From positions 1-41,528 of the forward strand of contig JAZQUA010000069.1 in the NCBI GenBank assembly GCA_045631065.1: 41,528 bases of DNA, read 5' to 3'. Position 1 is the stretch's first letter, and the number at the start of each line of letters is the position of its first letter. The DNA is from Candidatus Enterousia sp. GTDB lineage: Bacteria; Pseudomonadota; Alphaproteobacteria; Rs-D84. Under the pieces are notes generated by a model. That model worked only from the letters and a program-made list of their open reading frames with translations, had not been told where the DNA came from and ran no database searches. This document shows, one piece after another, positions 8,283 to 17,633 of this stretch. Made by a program: the position numbers and the translations under genes.

Positions 8283-8367
8283 GCGACCATGGCGGAACTG
8301 GTAGACGCACAGCACTAAGGATGCTGTGGGGCAACCCGTGGGGGTTCGATTCCCCCTGGTCGCACCA
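8283..8367 (+). tRNA. tRNA-Leu, apparent anticodon AAG (long variable arm)
   Basis: I folded it by hand. The acceptor is GCGACCA/TGGTCGC and the D-arm is GCGG-AACTGGTAG-ACGC. The anticodon stem is CAGCA/TGCTG with loop C-T-A-A-G-G-A. The variable arm is TGGGGCAACCCGT. The T-arm is GGGGG-TTCGATT-CCCCC. The discriminator is A and CCA is encoded. Confidence 0.85.
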
Positions 8368-8380
8368 TTTTTACATCCAC

Positions 8381-8408
8381 CCCACTACCCACTACCCACT
8401 AACCACTA
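8381..8408. repeat. Tandem heptamer repeat (CCCACTA x3 plus ACCACTA)
   Basis: The sequence is CCCACTA CCCACTA CCCACTA ACCACTA. It starts 14 nt after the tRNA-Leu CCA and ends 57 nt before the start of the 996-aa gene. Confidence 0.8.
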
Positions 8409-8464
8409 AATATATTTTCCACTTGCCCAGTTTTTTATAAATTTGCTAAGATTCCAAACATAGG

Positions 8465-11455
8465 ATGAAGGGATTAAAACTGCTTTTTGCTGTACTGCTT
8501 GTACCGCTTGCTTTTCAAGCGGCATTTGCGAACGACGAAATCGACACATCACGTGCCGCAACGACACGTCGTGATGCAACAAATACAGTTTCTGCGAATC
8601 GTCAAAAAAGCAATCCCTCGGACCAAAAAACAGCTGTTCAGTCATCCCTTCCTGTATCCAGAACAGTAAATATTGGCGCATCCGAAAAATCTACACAATC
8701 CCGCGAACGCAGCACGACCAAGCAGATATCCAACAGAACTGCTGGTAATGTTGTAAATCGTGCTGGCACAACAGCGGCACAGAACAAATCTGTATCTGCC
8801 CGCACCGCCAACAATACACAGCAACGTGCACAACAAAAATCTGCTGCATCCCGCATTATGACACGTACCGCCACCCCACAACAGGCGGCAAAGTCACGTT
8901 CTGGGATTGTTTCTCGTGCTGCAACATTGAATCGTGCGGGCACGACCACCACATCACGTTCACGCAGTGCAACCACCGCCCGTTCTGCATCAACACCGAT
9001 TGCAACAATTGACACAATACAGTCACGTAATTTTTCTGCATGTCGTGATGTATTTTATGAATGCATGGACGAATTCTGTGCGAACAAGGACAGCACATTA
9101 AAACGCTGCGCATGTTCTGCACGCGTTCACGATTTTGACAAAACCAAGGAACAGCTATCTGCAGTCGAAGACAAATTATTAGATTTCAGTCAACGTCTGC
9201 TGACGGTCAGCATGGACAAAGAAGACGCGTTGGTATTGAACACTGCAACCGAAGGCGAAATTGCATACGCGGTTGACGACACCAGTAAATCCAAGAAAAT
9301 GCTGGACGATATTGCCAAGAAATTGAACGCCAGCTTTGATAACAATAACTTTGACCAGAATTTGAACGCGATATCACTATCATTAAACACAGATGCCGCA
9401 TTTGACAATATCGATTCGATGATGGGTGCATCCACAACAACCAAGTCTGGCACAGAATTATATCGCGCAGCCCTGCCTGTATGTCGCGAAATGGCAGCCG
9501 AGATATGTTCTGGTGATGATTTAGATATCGCAGAAAGCAGCTATCAAATGGCAATCGCCCAAGATTGCAACACTGTTGCCAAATCTTACGAAACACAAAA
9601 CGATCAGGCACGCGCAAAAATCAAAGAAAGCAGCGCACTGCTTGATATGTCCCGCCTAAACGTTCACCAAGAACGCAATTCTGATGACATATTGACATGT
9701 AAATCCAAGATGCTGGAGATGTTAACAGACACAACTGTCTGCGGTACAGATATGTCAAAATGCTTGGATTATACAGGTCAATATATTGATCCAACCACTG
9801 GTCAGGCATTTTTAACAACGAATTTGGCAGAATTGGGCAATTTGTTGCAACGTCCTGATGCAGACAGCACATGGACCAAAACGACCACAAACAGAGAATT
9901 CGTGCTGTTTTTACAATCTAAAAAAGTATATCTAGAACCTGCGATGGAAAGCTGTCAGGACATATCTACATTTGTCTGGGATGCATTTATCGAAGATGCG
10001 CTGGCCCAAATCAAATTGGCCCAAGACGCCAAATTGGAACAGGCACACCAATCATGTACAACATTGATGACCCAGTGTTTAGATGCCGCCAACAAAACAA
10101 TCACTGATTTTGATGCGCGCGCACTATCAATTTTTGGTGTCAAGGCAGACGTTACTGTTAATGCCATGTGTGCGGACATACGAAACACTTGTGTTGCATT
10201 AACGAACGCAATTGGCAGCACCACAGACAGCGAAGGCAACGAAGTGAACGAATGGGAACAAGGTATAACAGAAATCACTGCTGATAAAACATATGCGACA
10301 ATATTGTCCACCTGTCGCGAGGTTGGCAAGAACTGTATCATCCAGGCATGTACAGATATTTCTGGGAACTTTGGTTTGTGCACAAACATTGACACATCGA
10401 TTAACCGTAAATCTATTGTAAGTCGTCGCGCCTGCTGGGCCGAAGTTGAACAATGTATTCGCGATGCAGGCGAAGAAGCAGTCACGCAAATCATGACACA
10501 ACAAAAACGTATCAACGAAACAGATGACAAGACCTATCAAGACAACCTTCTGTATTCTGATGTTTCATATAACGCAAAATGTAATGACACAACACTGAAC
10601 AACAAGATTTACAGAGCCTTTCATGAATGGCCAGAACCGTCAACAGGCAATTTTGATGCATACGTACACCGTTTAACTGAACAAATTTGGGGTAATTGCG
10701 AAATGTCGCCAGACACAATATTAGACAAAACCAATTGCACCAATCGCATTATCATTAACCAAGATGCGGGTGACAATGAAACACTATTATCATGGTTTGC
10801 ACGTAACACAAACACCACAGATGCAAATGACAGTTGTCGTGATACATTGTGCGGATTTGGCATGGAAATTTATGGTGGCGAATGTGTACCTGTAGGAGAA
10901 TTTACAAATCCTGATATGTTATATTGCCCAAGCAATACCAACGAATACACACAAATCAACGATGGCGCGAACACTAACTGTTGCAGTAAAAAATATGATG
11001 TTAATGCAGAAGTAATTAAAAATTCTGCGGACCAAACAATTTGCTGTGTTGATGGCGCAACAGAAAAGCCAGAACAGTACAGCGATTATGCAGCTGCCGA
11101 GGGCAAAAAACTTACCGAATCAAACTTGATATCAATATGCAAACCAAATGAAGATATTACCGGCACAAAGGCAAAATTAGCATTTAGCACCAGCACTGCC
11201 GATTATTACTGTGTCAGTGGCGATGGCGAAATAAAAAACTCAACTGGCACATTAGAATGCACCAATGGTGTTTGGACTGTCGTTGATCGTGACAAACAAA
11301 CATACTCGACCCCAACAGCTGGCAATGACGATATCCCTGTACAGAACTTCTTTTATGGCACAACAGAAGCGATTGATGATATCTCGTCTGGCGGCGCCAT
11401 GATTGGTACACCAAACGAAGAGACACATAAAAAACCTGACACAACACCTGAATAG
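8465..11455 (+). CDS. Large exported Cys-rich hypothetical protein (996 aa) with a basic disordered N-terminal region
   Basis: The signal peptide is MKGLKLLFAVLLVPLAFQAAFA. Roughly 170 aa are rich in S/T/R/A/N/Q, with repeated NRAGTT and SR motifs. The rest contains many Cys in helical and EGF-like spacings. Confidence 0.7.
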   Translation: MKGLKLLFAVLLVPLAFQAAFANDEIDTSRAATTRRDATNTVSANRQKSNPSDQKTAVQSSLPVSRTVNIGASEKSTQSRERSTTKQISNRTAGNVVNRAGTTAAQNKSVSARTANNTQQRAQQKSAASRIMTRTATPQQAAKSRSGIVSRAATLNRAGTTTTSRSRSATTARSASTPIATIDTIQSRNFSACRDVFYECMDEFCANKDSTLKRCACSARVHDFDKTKEQLSAVEDKLLDFSQRLLTVSMDKEDALVLNTATEGEIAYAVDDTSKSKKMLDDIAKKLNASFDNNNFDQNLNAISLSLNTDAAFDNIDSMMGASTTTKSGTELYRAALPVCREMAAEICSGDDLDIAESSYQMAIAQDCNTVAKSYETQNDQARAKIKESSALLDMSRLNVHQERNSDDILTCKSKMLEMLTDTTVCGTDMSKCLDYTGQYIDPTTGQAFLTTNLAELGNLLQRPDADSTWTKTTTNREFVLFLQSKKVYLEPAMESCQDISTFVWDAFIEDALAQIKLAQDAKLEQAHQSCTTLMTQCLDAANKTITDFDARALSIFGVKADVTVNAMCADIRNTCVALTNAIGSTTDSEGNEVNEWEQGITEITADKTYATILSTCREVGKNCIIQACTDISGNFGLCTNIDTSINRKSIVSRRACWAEVEQCIRDAGEEAVTQIMTQQKRINETDDKTYQDNLLYSDVSYNAKCNDTTLNNKIYRAFHEWPEPSTGNFDAYVHRLTEQIWGNCEMSPDTILDKTNCTNRIIINQDAGDNETLLSWFARNTNTTDANDSCRDTLCGFGMEIYGGECVPVGEFTNPDMLYCPSNTNEYTQINDGANTNCCSKKYDVNAEVIKNSADQTICCVDGATEKPEQYSDYAAAEGKKLTESNLISICKPNEDITGTKAKLAFSTSTADYYCVSGDGEIKNSTGTLECTNGVWTVVDRDKQTYSTPTAGNDDIPVQNFFYGTTEAIDDISSGGAMIGTPNEETHKKPDTTPE

Positions 11456-11495
11456 GTTATAATCCCTGTTTACATAACTATATTAATACTACTAT

Positions 11496-12569
11496 TTATT
11501 CGTCTTTGAATAATCTGATTGGGTCAACTGCGTTGTTACCGCGGCGTACTTCCAGATACATTTCTGGCTTGTCCTGGTTCATACGTCCAATTGGTTCACC
11601 TGCCAAAACTTCTTGTCCCAATGCAACATCAATATTGCCCAGATTTGTCATAACTGTATTATAACCATTTTTATGCGACATAATAACAACACGACCAAAT
11701 CCACGAAAGCTGTCTGCAAATTTAACAACACCATCTGCCGGTGCCAAAACCAACGCATCACCACGTGTACGAATACGCCAACCATCTGACTTTAACCCCA
11801 GCGCTGTTCTTTCGCCAAAACGCACAACAACACGCCCACGCACAGGCAAATTTAATTTACGCTTGGAAAATCTGGCATCAGATGACATTTCAGAACTGCC
11901 CACACCCGCAGATAATTCAGATATATTTTTTGCACGTGCAGACAAATCACGCAACTTTTTCTGTAATTCTGACTGCTGATTTTTTAGCTTTTCATTCTGG
12001 GCGCTGCGTGTGCGCAATAATTTATCCAATTCTTTCTTTTCACGACTGTATCGTTTTGCTGTCCTGTCCAGTTTTTCTTTTTCAACAGCACGCGCATCGC
12101 GCACCTGTTCCAATTCCTGAATTTGTGATTGTGCGTGCGCAATTTGTTCATTTAATTTATCTGCTGCCCCAGATAACACCGCAGACATCAACACATAATC
12201 GCGCATATTTTCAGAATCAAAGCTGGGGTGCGATGCAACAAACAATATACTGGCCGCAGAATCAGCAACAATCGCTTGGTGTTTCTGCATATCTTTTGTC
12301 ATTTTTTCCAGTTTTGCATCCAGTTCTGCGATTTTCTTGGACATTTCTGTACGTTTATCTTCCAGCGAGCTAACCTTGTCCGCAGCACGAACCAATTCTT
12401 TTTTTGTCTTGGAAATTTCCTTGTCAGAATTTTTTACCTGTTGTTCCAACTTTTTATTCTGTTGTTCCGTCTGCTTAATCTGGGCATTTATTTTTGACAG
12501 TTCACTGGCCCCATACACAGGGCCACCAATCACACACAACAAAGATAAAACAGAAACAATTCGCTTCAT
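11496..12569 (-). CDS. envC: EnvC-like murein hydrolase activator (coiled coil plus degenerate LytM/M23 domain)
   Basis: It has a signal peptide and a long Q/K/E-rich coiled coil. The C-terminal LytM fold (GVVKFADSFRGFGRVVIMSHKNGYNTVMTNL...PEMYLEVRRGNNAVDP) lacks the HxxxD and HxH metal ligands. I chose the ATG at 12569 over the TTG at 12587. Confidence 0.8.
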   Translation of the reverse strand: MKRIVSVLSLLCVIGGPVYGASELSKINAQIKQTEQQNKKLEQQVKNSDKEISKTKKELVRAADKVSSLEDKRTEMSKKIAELDAKLEKMTKDMQKHQAIVADSAASILFVASHPSFDSENMRDYVLMSAVLSGAADKLNEQIAHAQSQIQELEQVRDARAVEKEKLDRTAKRYSREKKELDKLLRTRSAQNEKLKNQQSELQKKLRDLSARAKNISELSAGVGSSEMSSDARFSKRKLNLPVRGRVVVRFGERTALGLKSDGWRIRTRGDALVLAPADGVVKFADSFRGFGRVVIMSHKNGYNTVMTNLGNIDVALGQEVLAGEPIGRMNQDKPEMYLEVRRGNNAVDPIRLFKDE

Positions 12570-12635
12570 TTTCCCATAACTTCTCAATCAGTTTTGATGA
12601 TAACACGCAAATTCACAACTTTCAAGAACCGCCTG

Positions 12636-13160
12636 TTATCCCAACACATCTATCTGTGAAATAACATTTGTGATTTTATCTGCCTGATCTGATGTAAAGC
12701 GCCCCAAAACCCAGTCCGCTGGATCAATCTTGGATTCATAATCACGTGGATGCCCAACACCAATTCTGATACGCCTATATTCCCGCCCAACATTGGCATC
12801 AATTGATTTAATACCGTTGTGCCCTGCACTGCCACCACCAATTTTTTTGCGGCAATCACCAACAGAAACATCCATATCATCGTGGATTACAATTAAATTT
12901 TCCAACGGTACTTTGTAAAACGTCATTAACGCCAATACCGCAACACCGCTATTATTCATAAATGTCTGCGGCTTTGCCAAAATTGCGCGCACACCATCAA
13001 TTTCGATTCGTGTTGTTAATGCGTTCTTTTCACTTTTCCAAGATGCATCTGTCCCAGCCAACGCATCCAGCGCCATAAAACCAACATTATGCCGCGTCAT
13101 CATATATTCTGGGCCTGGATTGCCCAAGCCAACAATTAACACAGGTTTATTTTCTTGCAT
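12636..13160 (-). CDS. pth: Peptidyl-tRNA hydrolase
   Basis: The Pth motifs LIVGLGNPGPEY, TRHNVGF and GHNG are present. The ATG at 13160 has a GGAAAAGGG RBS. Confidence 0.9.
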   Translation of the reverse strand: MQENKPVLIVGLGNPGPEYMMTRHNVGFMALDALAGTDASWKSEKNALTTRIEIDGVRAILAKPQTFMNNSGVAVLALMTFYKVPLENLIVIHDDMDVSVGDCRKKIGGGSAGHNGIKSIDANVGREYRRIRIGVGHPRDYESKIDPADWVLGRFTSDQADKITNVISQIDVLG

Positions 13161-13205
13161 ATTAAACACCCTTTTCCTATTATAATATCATAGAAAGGAG
13201 AAAAC

Positions 13206-13754
13206 ATGAAAACAAAAACACTTGGTTTTTTAACAACTGCTGCAATTATGTTAACAACAGGCGCAGCAAATGCAAATCTCTTGTTTGATATTTATGCTGG
13301 TGGCACATACGGCATCGGCGGTTATACATTAATGGCAGATGAAAATAAATCGCATTCTGCACAATCATACGGCGCTGTTTTGGGTATTGATATCCCAATG
13401 TTCCGTTTAGAAGCTGAATATAACTATACAGACACAGACTATATAACATTAAATGCAGGTTTGGTAAATGCATACTTTAAATTGCCCACCCCTGTATTAA
13501 AGCCATATTTTGGTGCAGGTGTCGGAACAACTTTTTCCAGCAAATATGAACCAACAAAAAATATCAGCATTGATATTGACGACACCATCATATATCAAGG
13601 TATGTTGGGGGTAACATTGGATATACCAGCAGTTCCATTTAATATTGACCTGGAAGGCCGCGTATTATACGCATCAGACCTGTTCGAAGTAGCAACAGAA
13701 AAATACGACCTGTTGCAATACGAAGGTCGCGTAAAACTGCGTTATGTGTTCTAA
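13206..13754 (+). CDS. Small outer-membrane beta-barrel protein (182 aa, OmpW/opacity-like size)
   Basis: It has an AAAGGAG RBS and a signal peptide ending ...TGAANA. The sequence alternates beta strands and ends ...RVKLRYVF. Confidence 0.65.
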   Translation: MKTKTLGFLTTAAIMLTTGAANANLLFDIYAGGTYGIGGYTLMADENKSHSAQSYGAVLGIDIPMFRLEAEYNYTDTDYITLNAGLVNAYFKLPTPVLKPYFGAGVGTTFSSKYEPTKNISIDIDDTIIYQGMLGVTLDIPAVPFNIDLEGRVLYASDLFEVATEKYDLLQYEGRVKLRYVF

Positions 13755-13759
13755 ATCTT

Positions 13760-13777
13760 GGGGGGCGCAACGCCCCC
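13760..13777 (+). terminator. GC hairpin after the OMP gene (weak T-run)
   Basis: The hairpin is GGGGGCG-CAA-CGCCCCC. The following sequence is A/T-rich but has no clean T-run. Confidence 0.4.
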
Positions 13778-13806
13778 TAAATTAAAAATCAAAAGGAACA
13801 AATCAT

Positions 13807-16581
13807 ATGCTGACACTGATTGATGGAAATTCACTGTTATTTCGTGCCTATTACGGGGTTCACAGTCGCCTGACCCGAACAGATGGCACACCAATTGGTG
13901 CTGTTTATGGTTTTATAAATATGATTTTGCCACTGCTGTCTGTGGCAAAACCAGACGATTCGTTTGTATGTATATTTGATGCATCGCGTATATCTTTTCG
14001 CCAAGATATCTATCCGCAATATAAAATGAACCGTTCTGAAACACCTGCTGATTTGACTATGCAGGGCGAAATACTGCAAAGTGGATTACAAAAACTTGGC
14101 ATACCTGTATTATGTGTCCCAGGGGTCGAAGCAGACGATGTAATCGCAACACTGGCGCGCAACAATTGTAATATGCACAATGCAACACGCATAATCACCA
14201 GCGACAAAGACCTGATGCAGCTGGTATCAGATTGTATTTTTCTGTATGACACAATGAAAAATCTGGAAATCCGCAAACCCCAGGTTTTGGAAAAATTTGG
14301 CGTACCCCCAGATAAAGTTGTCGATGTCCAATCATTAATGGGTGATTCTTCTGATAATGTCCCAGGTGTACCTGGCATCGGACCAAAAAAAGCATCAGAA
14401 CTGATAAATCAATTCGGATCATTGGATAATTTGTATAATAATCTGTCAGATGTAAAAAATGACAGAATACGCACACTGTTATCCGATAACCGCGAATTGG
14501 CATATATTTCAAAAAAATTAGTCGCATTAAAAGACGATGTAAATTTAAACGGTCTGAAAATAACACCTTTTGTGTTCAATAAAACTGGTGCATTGGAATT
14601 CGTCAGAAATACAGTTGAAAGCAAATCTTTGTTTGAAAAAATAAGCAAAACATTTCCCGAAAACACACATGACACACCTGACCAAGATTTTGTTTTTGTG
14701 GGTAACGCTTGCCAAATTGATACGGCAACACACACCAGTACAGATTCAGAAAACACACAAATTGAATTTAAATACAAAGCAATAAAAAACCTTGCTGAAC
14801 TGGAAAAATTTATATCTAAAATAGATGACATTTTAGCAATAGATACAGAAACCACAGGTCTGAATTCAATCACAGACAAACTGGTTGGAATATCATTGGC
14901 AACATCTGCAAATAATGGTGTTTATATCCCAATCCGACACAAGACAGGCACAATTAACTTGTTTGGTGATGATAATCTGTCACCAAATCAATTAAGTATT
15001 TCTGATATATATAAAACACTGATGCCAATATTATCGGACAATAAAATCTTAAAAATTGGCCACAATTTGAAATATGATTTACACATCTTGGCAAATGAAG
15101 GCTGGGACATATCAAAAATCGCACCAATTGATGATACAATGCTGATATCTTATATCTTGCATGGCACAACACATGGTCATGGCTTGGATGAGCTGGCATT
15201 AAAATACCTTGGGCATTCAACAATAAAATTCACTTCCCTGTTCCCAGCGCGCACAAAAAGTGACGATATGCACTTTGATACATTGCCAATTGAAACAGCA
15301 ACAAAATATGCCACCGAAGATGCATGTATTTCATTTGCACTGTACGAAAAAATGCACCCAGAATTAATTCAAAATGAAAAACTGAACATTTTATATCAGA
15401 CATGCGATTTGCCATTAATGCCAGTGTTATTAAAAATGGAACGCATCGGTGTTATGGCAGACAAACAAAGATTGAATCAGTTGTCTGGTGTATTCCATCA
15501 ACAATTACAAAAACTGGAATCAGAAATTTGGGAACTGGCTGGACACGAATTTAATATCGCCAGCCCAAAACAACTTGGGGTTGTATTGTTCGATGAATTA
15601 CAACTGACTGCAAATAAAAAGCGCTCAACAGACGCAGAATCTTTAAATGAATTGATTGACGCACATCCTATCATTGACAAGATATTATCGTGGCGATCTA
15701 TTGCAAAGCTGGCAGGCACATACGCAGATGCATTACCACAACAAATCGCAACTGATGGACGCATTCATACAACATATTTACAAACCAGCACAAATACAGG
15801 TCGCCTGTCCAGTCGTGAACCGAACCTGCAAAACATTCCAACAAAAACAGAACTGGGCGAAGAAATCAGGAAATGCTTTATCGCATCACCCGGGAATGTA
15901 TTAATATCAGTTGACTATTCACAAATACAACTGCGCCTGTTGGCAGATATTGCAAATATCACGACATTCAAAGAAACATTTAATAACGGTGAAGACATTC
16001 ACAATCAAACCGCCAGAAAGATATTTAATATACCACATGACCAACCTGTTCCAAAAGAAATGCGTCGTGCAGCCAAGACTGTAAACTTTTCTATTATCTA
16101 TGGTATATCTTCGTTTGGTCTGGCAGGACAACTGGGAATCAATCGAACAGATGCACAGAACATTATAAATTCATATATGGCAGGTCTGCCAGAAATCAAA
16201 GAATATATTGACAAGACAAAAGAATTCGCACTGGAAAATGCATGTGTTTACACCCCATGGGGACGTAAAATAGAATTACCCGAAGCGCGCAATCCACGCC
16301 TGCGTGCATATGCAATGCGCGCTGCAATAAATGCACCAATCCAAGGATTCGAAGCAGACTTGATGCGTCGCGCTATGGTTGAAATTGATAAAAATATTAT
16401 GCAACCAAATTCGGATAAAATTCGTATGATTATGCAAGTTCACGATGAAATGGTATTTGAATGTAACTTTGCATACGCAGACCAGTTTGCTGCAAAAATC
16501 AAATCTGCAATGGAAAATATTGTAAAATTATCTGTACCACTGGTCGCAGAATATACAATTGATACCAAATGGGGCAAATAA
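13807..16581 (+). CDS. polA: DNA polymerase I
   Basis: The 5'-3' exonuclease N-terminus is present (LIDGNSLLFRAYYG, SDKDLMQL). The 3'-5' exonuclease region is present (AIDTETTGL). Polymerase motifs DYSQIQLRLLA, RRAAKTVNFSIIYG and QVHDE are present. Confidence 0.95.
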   Translation: MLTLIDGNSLLFRAYYGVHSRLTRTDGTPIGAVYGFINMILPLLSVAKPDDSFVCIFDASRISFRQDIYPQYKMNRSETPADLTMQGEILQSGLQKLGIPVLCVPGVEADDVIATLARNNCNMHNATRIITSDKDLMQLVSDCIFLYDTMKNLEIRKPQVLEKFGVPPDKVVDVQSLMGDSSDNVPGVPGIGPKKASELINQFGSLDNLYNNLSDVKNDRIRTLLSDNRELAYISKKLVALKDDVNLNGLKITPFVFNKTGALEFVRNTVESKSLFEKISKTFPENTHDTPDQDFVFVGNACQIDTATHTSTDSENTQIEFKYKAIKNLAELEKFISKIDDILAIDTETTGLNSITDKLVGISLATSANNGVYIPIRHKTGTINLFGDDNLSPNQLSISDIYKTLMPILSDNKILKIGHNLKYDLHILANEGWDISKIAPIDDTMLISYILHGTTHGHGLDELALKYLGHSTIKFTSLFPARTKSDDMHFDTLPIETATKYATEDACISFALYEKMHPELIQNEKLNILYQTCDLPLMPVLLKMERIGVMADKQRLNQLSGVFHQQLQKLESEIWELAGHEFNIASPKQLGVVLFDELQLTANKKRSTDAESLNELIDAHPIIDKILSWRSIAKLAGTYADALPQQIATDGRIHTTYLQTSTNTGRLSSREPNLQNIPTKTELGEEIRKCFIASPGNVLISVDYSQIQLRLLADIANITTFKETFNNGEDIHNQTARKIFNIPHDQPVPKEMRRAAKTVNFSIIYGISSFGLAGQLGINRTDAQNIINSYMAGLPEIKEYIDKTKEFALENACVYTPWGRKIELPEARNPRLRAYAMRAAINAPIQGFEADLMRRAMVEIDKNIMQPNSDKIRMIMQVHDEMVFECNFAYADQFAAKIKSAMENIVKLSVPLVAEYTIDTKWGK

Positions 16582-16608
16582 AAATCCCCCAAATCGGGGG
16601 ATTTTTTA
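16579..16608. terminator. Bidirectional intrinsic terminator (polA/corA)
   Basis: The stem ATCCCCC(16584-16590)/GGGGGAT(16596-16602) is flanked by A- and T-runs. Confidence 0.7.
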
Positions 16609-17496
16609 CGATATTCTGCGACGTAACGCGCCAAACAGCGCAAACCCCAACAGTAATACCATTATGAATATAAATATAAAATTCGCGACCTGTTCGTATT
16701 CTGCAAACGGCAATTGTACATTCATACCATAATATCCAACAATCACAGTTGGCACGACCAAGATAATATTCCACATTGTCAGTCGATTAATATTGGTATT
16801 TGAATCCATATTAATAACGCTTTCAAATGTTTCCTTAATCGATTTCAACATTTTACTATACGATGTCACAACTTCGGTCGCCTGTGCCAGCTCAATCCTT
16901 GTATCTTCGGCCAATTCTTCGGCTTCATCAGTCTTAACGAAACCACGAATTTTTTCCAGCTTATCCAGCACAGCCACATTTCCTTTTATGGCGGCCATAT
17001 ATAACGTATAACTGTTTTCAACGTCCAGCAAATCCATCAATTCTTGTTTGCGAATGCGTTCTTGTAACATACGTTTAGATGCCAAAACACGCTTGTTCAA
17101 TTCCTTTAACATACGCAGGTACGATTCCGCAATATAATACATAATATTCAGAATAAATTCTTCACGTGAAGTCTTTTCAGACTTTTTAATTTTATCCAAC
17201 AAATCGCATCTTTTACGACACACCGTTATCACACGATTAGCCGAAAAAATAATCGACAACGGTTCTGTATGCCACATTGTATAGTTTTCACGATTAATAA
17301 TTGGGAAACGAACGATTATAACCTTGTAATCATCCTCTACTTCTAATCTTGGCTGTTCATCAGGATCCAAAATATCAGAAATTGTATCTTCATCAATCTT
17401 GTATTCTGTCTGCAGTTTTTCAAAATCTTCGTGATCTGGGTTTCCAACGTTCACCCAAGAGAATGTTTTTAATTTTTCTGTCACAAACATAGACAC
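16606..17496 (-). CDS. corA: CorA-family magnesium/cobalt transporter
   Basis: The YGMN motif is present (VGYYGMNVQLPF). There are two C-terminal TM helices and an acidic N-terminal domain. Confidence 0.85.
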   Translation of the reverse strand: MSMFVTEKLKTFSWVNVGNPDHEDFEKLQTEYKIDEDTISDILDPDEQPRLEVEDDYKVIIVRFPIINRENYTMWHTEPLSIIFSANRVITVCRKRCDLLDKIKKSEKTSREEFILNIMYYIAESYLRMLKELNKRVLASKRMLQERIRKQELMDLLDVENSYTLYMAAIKGNVAVLDKLEKIRGFVKTDEAEELAEDTRIELAQATEVVTSYSKMLKSIKETFESVINMDSNTNINRLTMWNIILVVPTVIVGYYGMNVQLPFAEYEQVANFIFIFIMVLLLGFALFGALRRRIS

Positions 17497-17633
17497 TCTC
17501 CTTGTTGTTTTGTTGTTGGGAATAATAAATTAATTTTTTTTCAAAATCAAACTTTTTATGGGAATAGAAAACTATATTTTCACGCCCTGCCCCATGATAA
17601 AATCATCATATAAAAACTAAAAGGATTTCCACC

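Noticed and set aside
8638-10863. Several 80-190-aa minus-strand ORFs (8638-9015, 9207-9617, 9955-10530, 10199-10540 and others).
   Set aside because: All are antisense or shadow frames inside the 996-aa gene. They have no RBS and their composition is implausible (Cys/Arg/Val-rich).
11741-12373. A 210-aa plus-strand ORF.
   Set aside because: It is a shadow frame antisense to the EnvC-like gene, and its translation is low-complexity.
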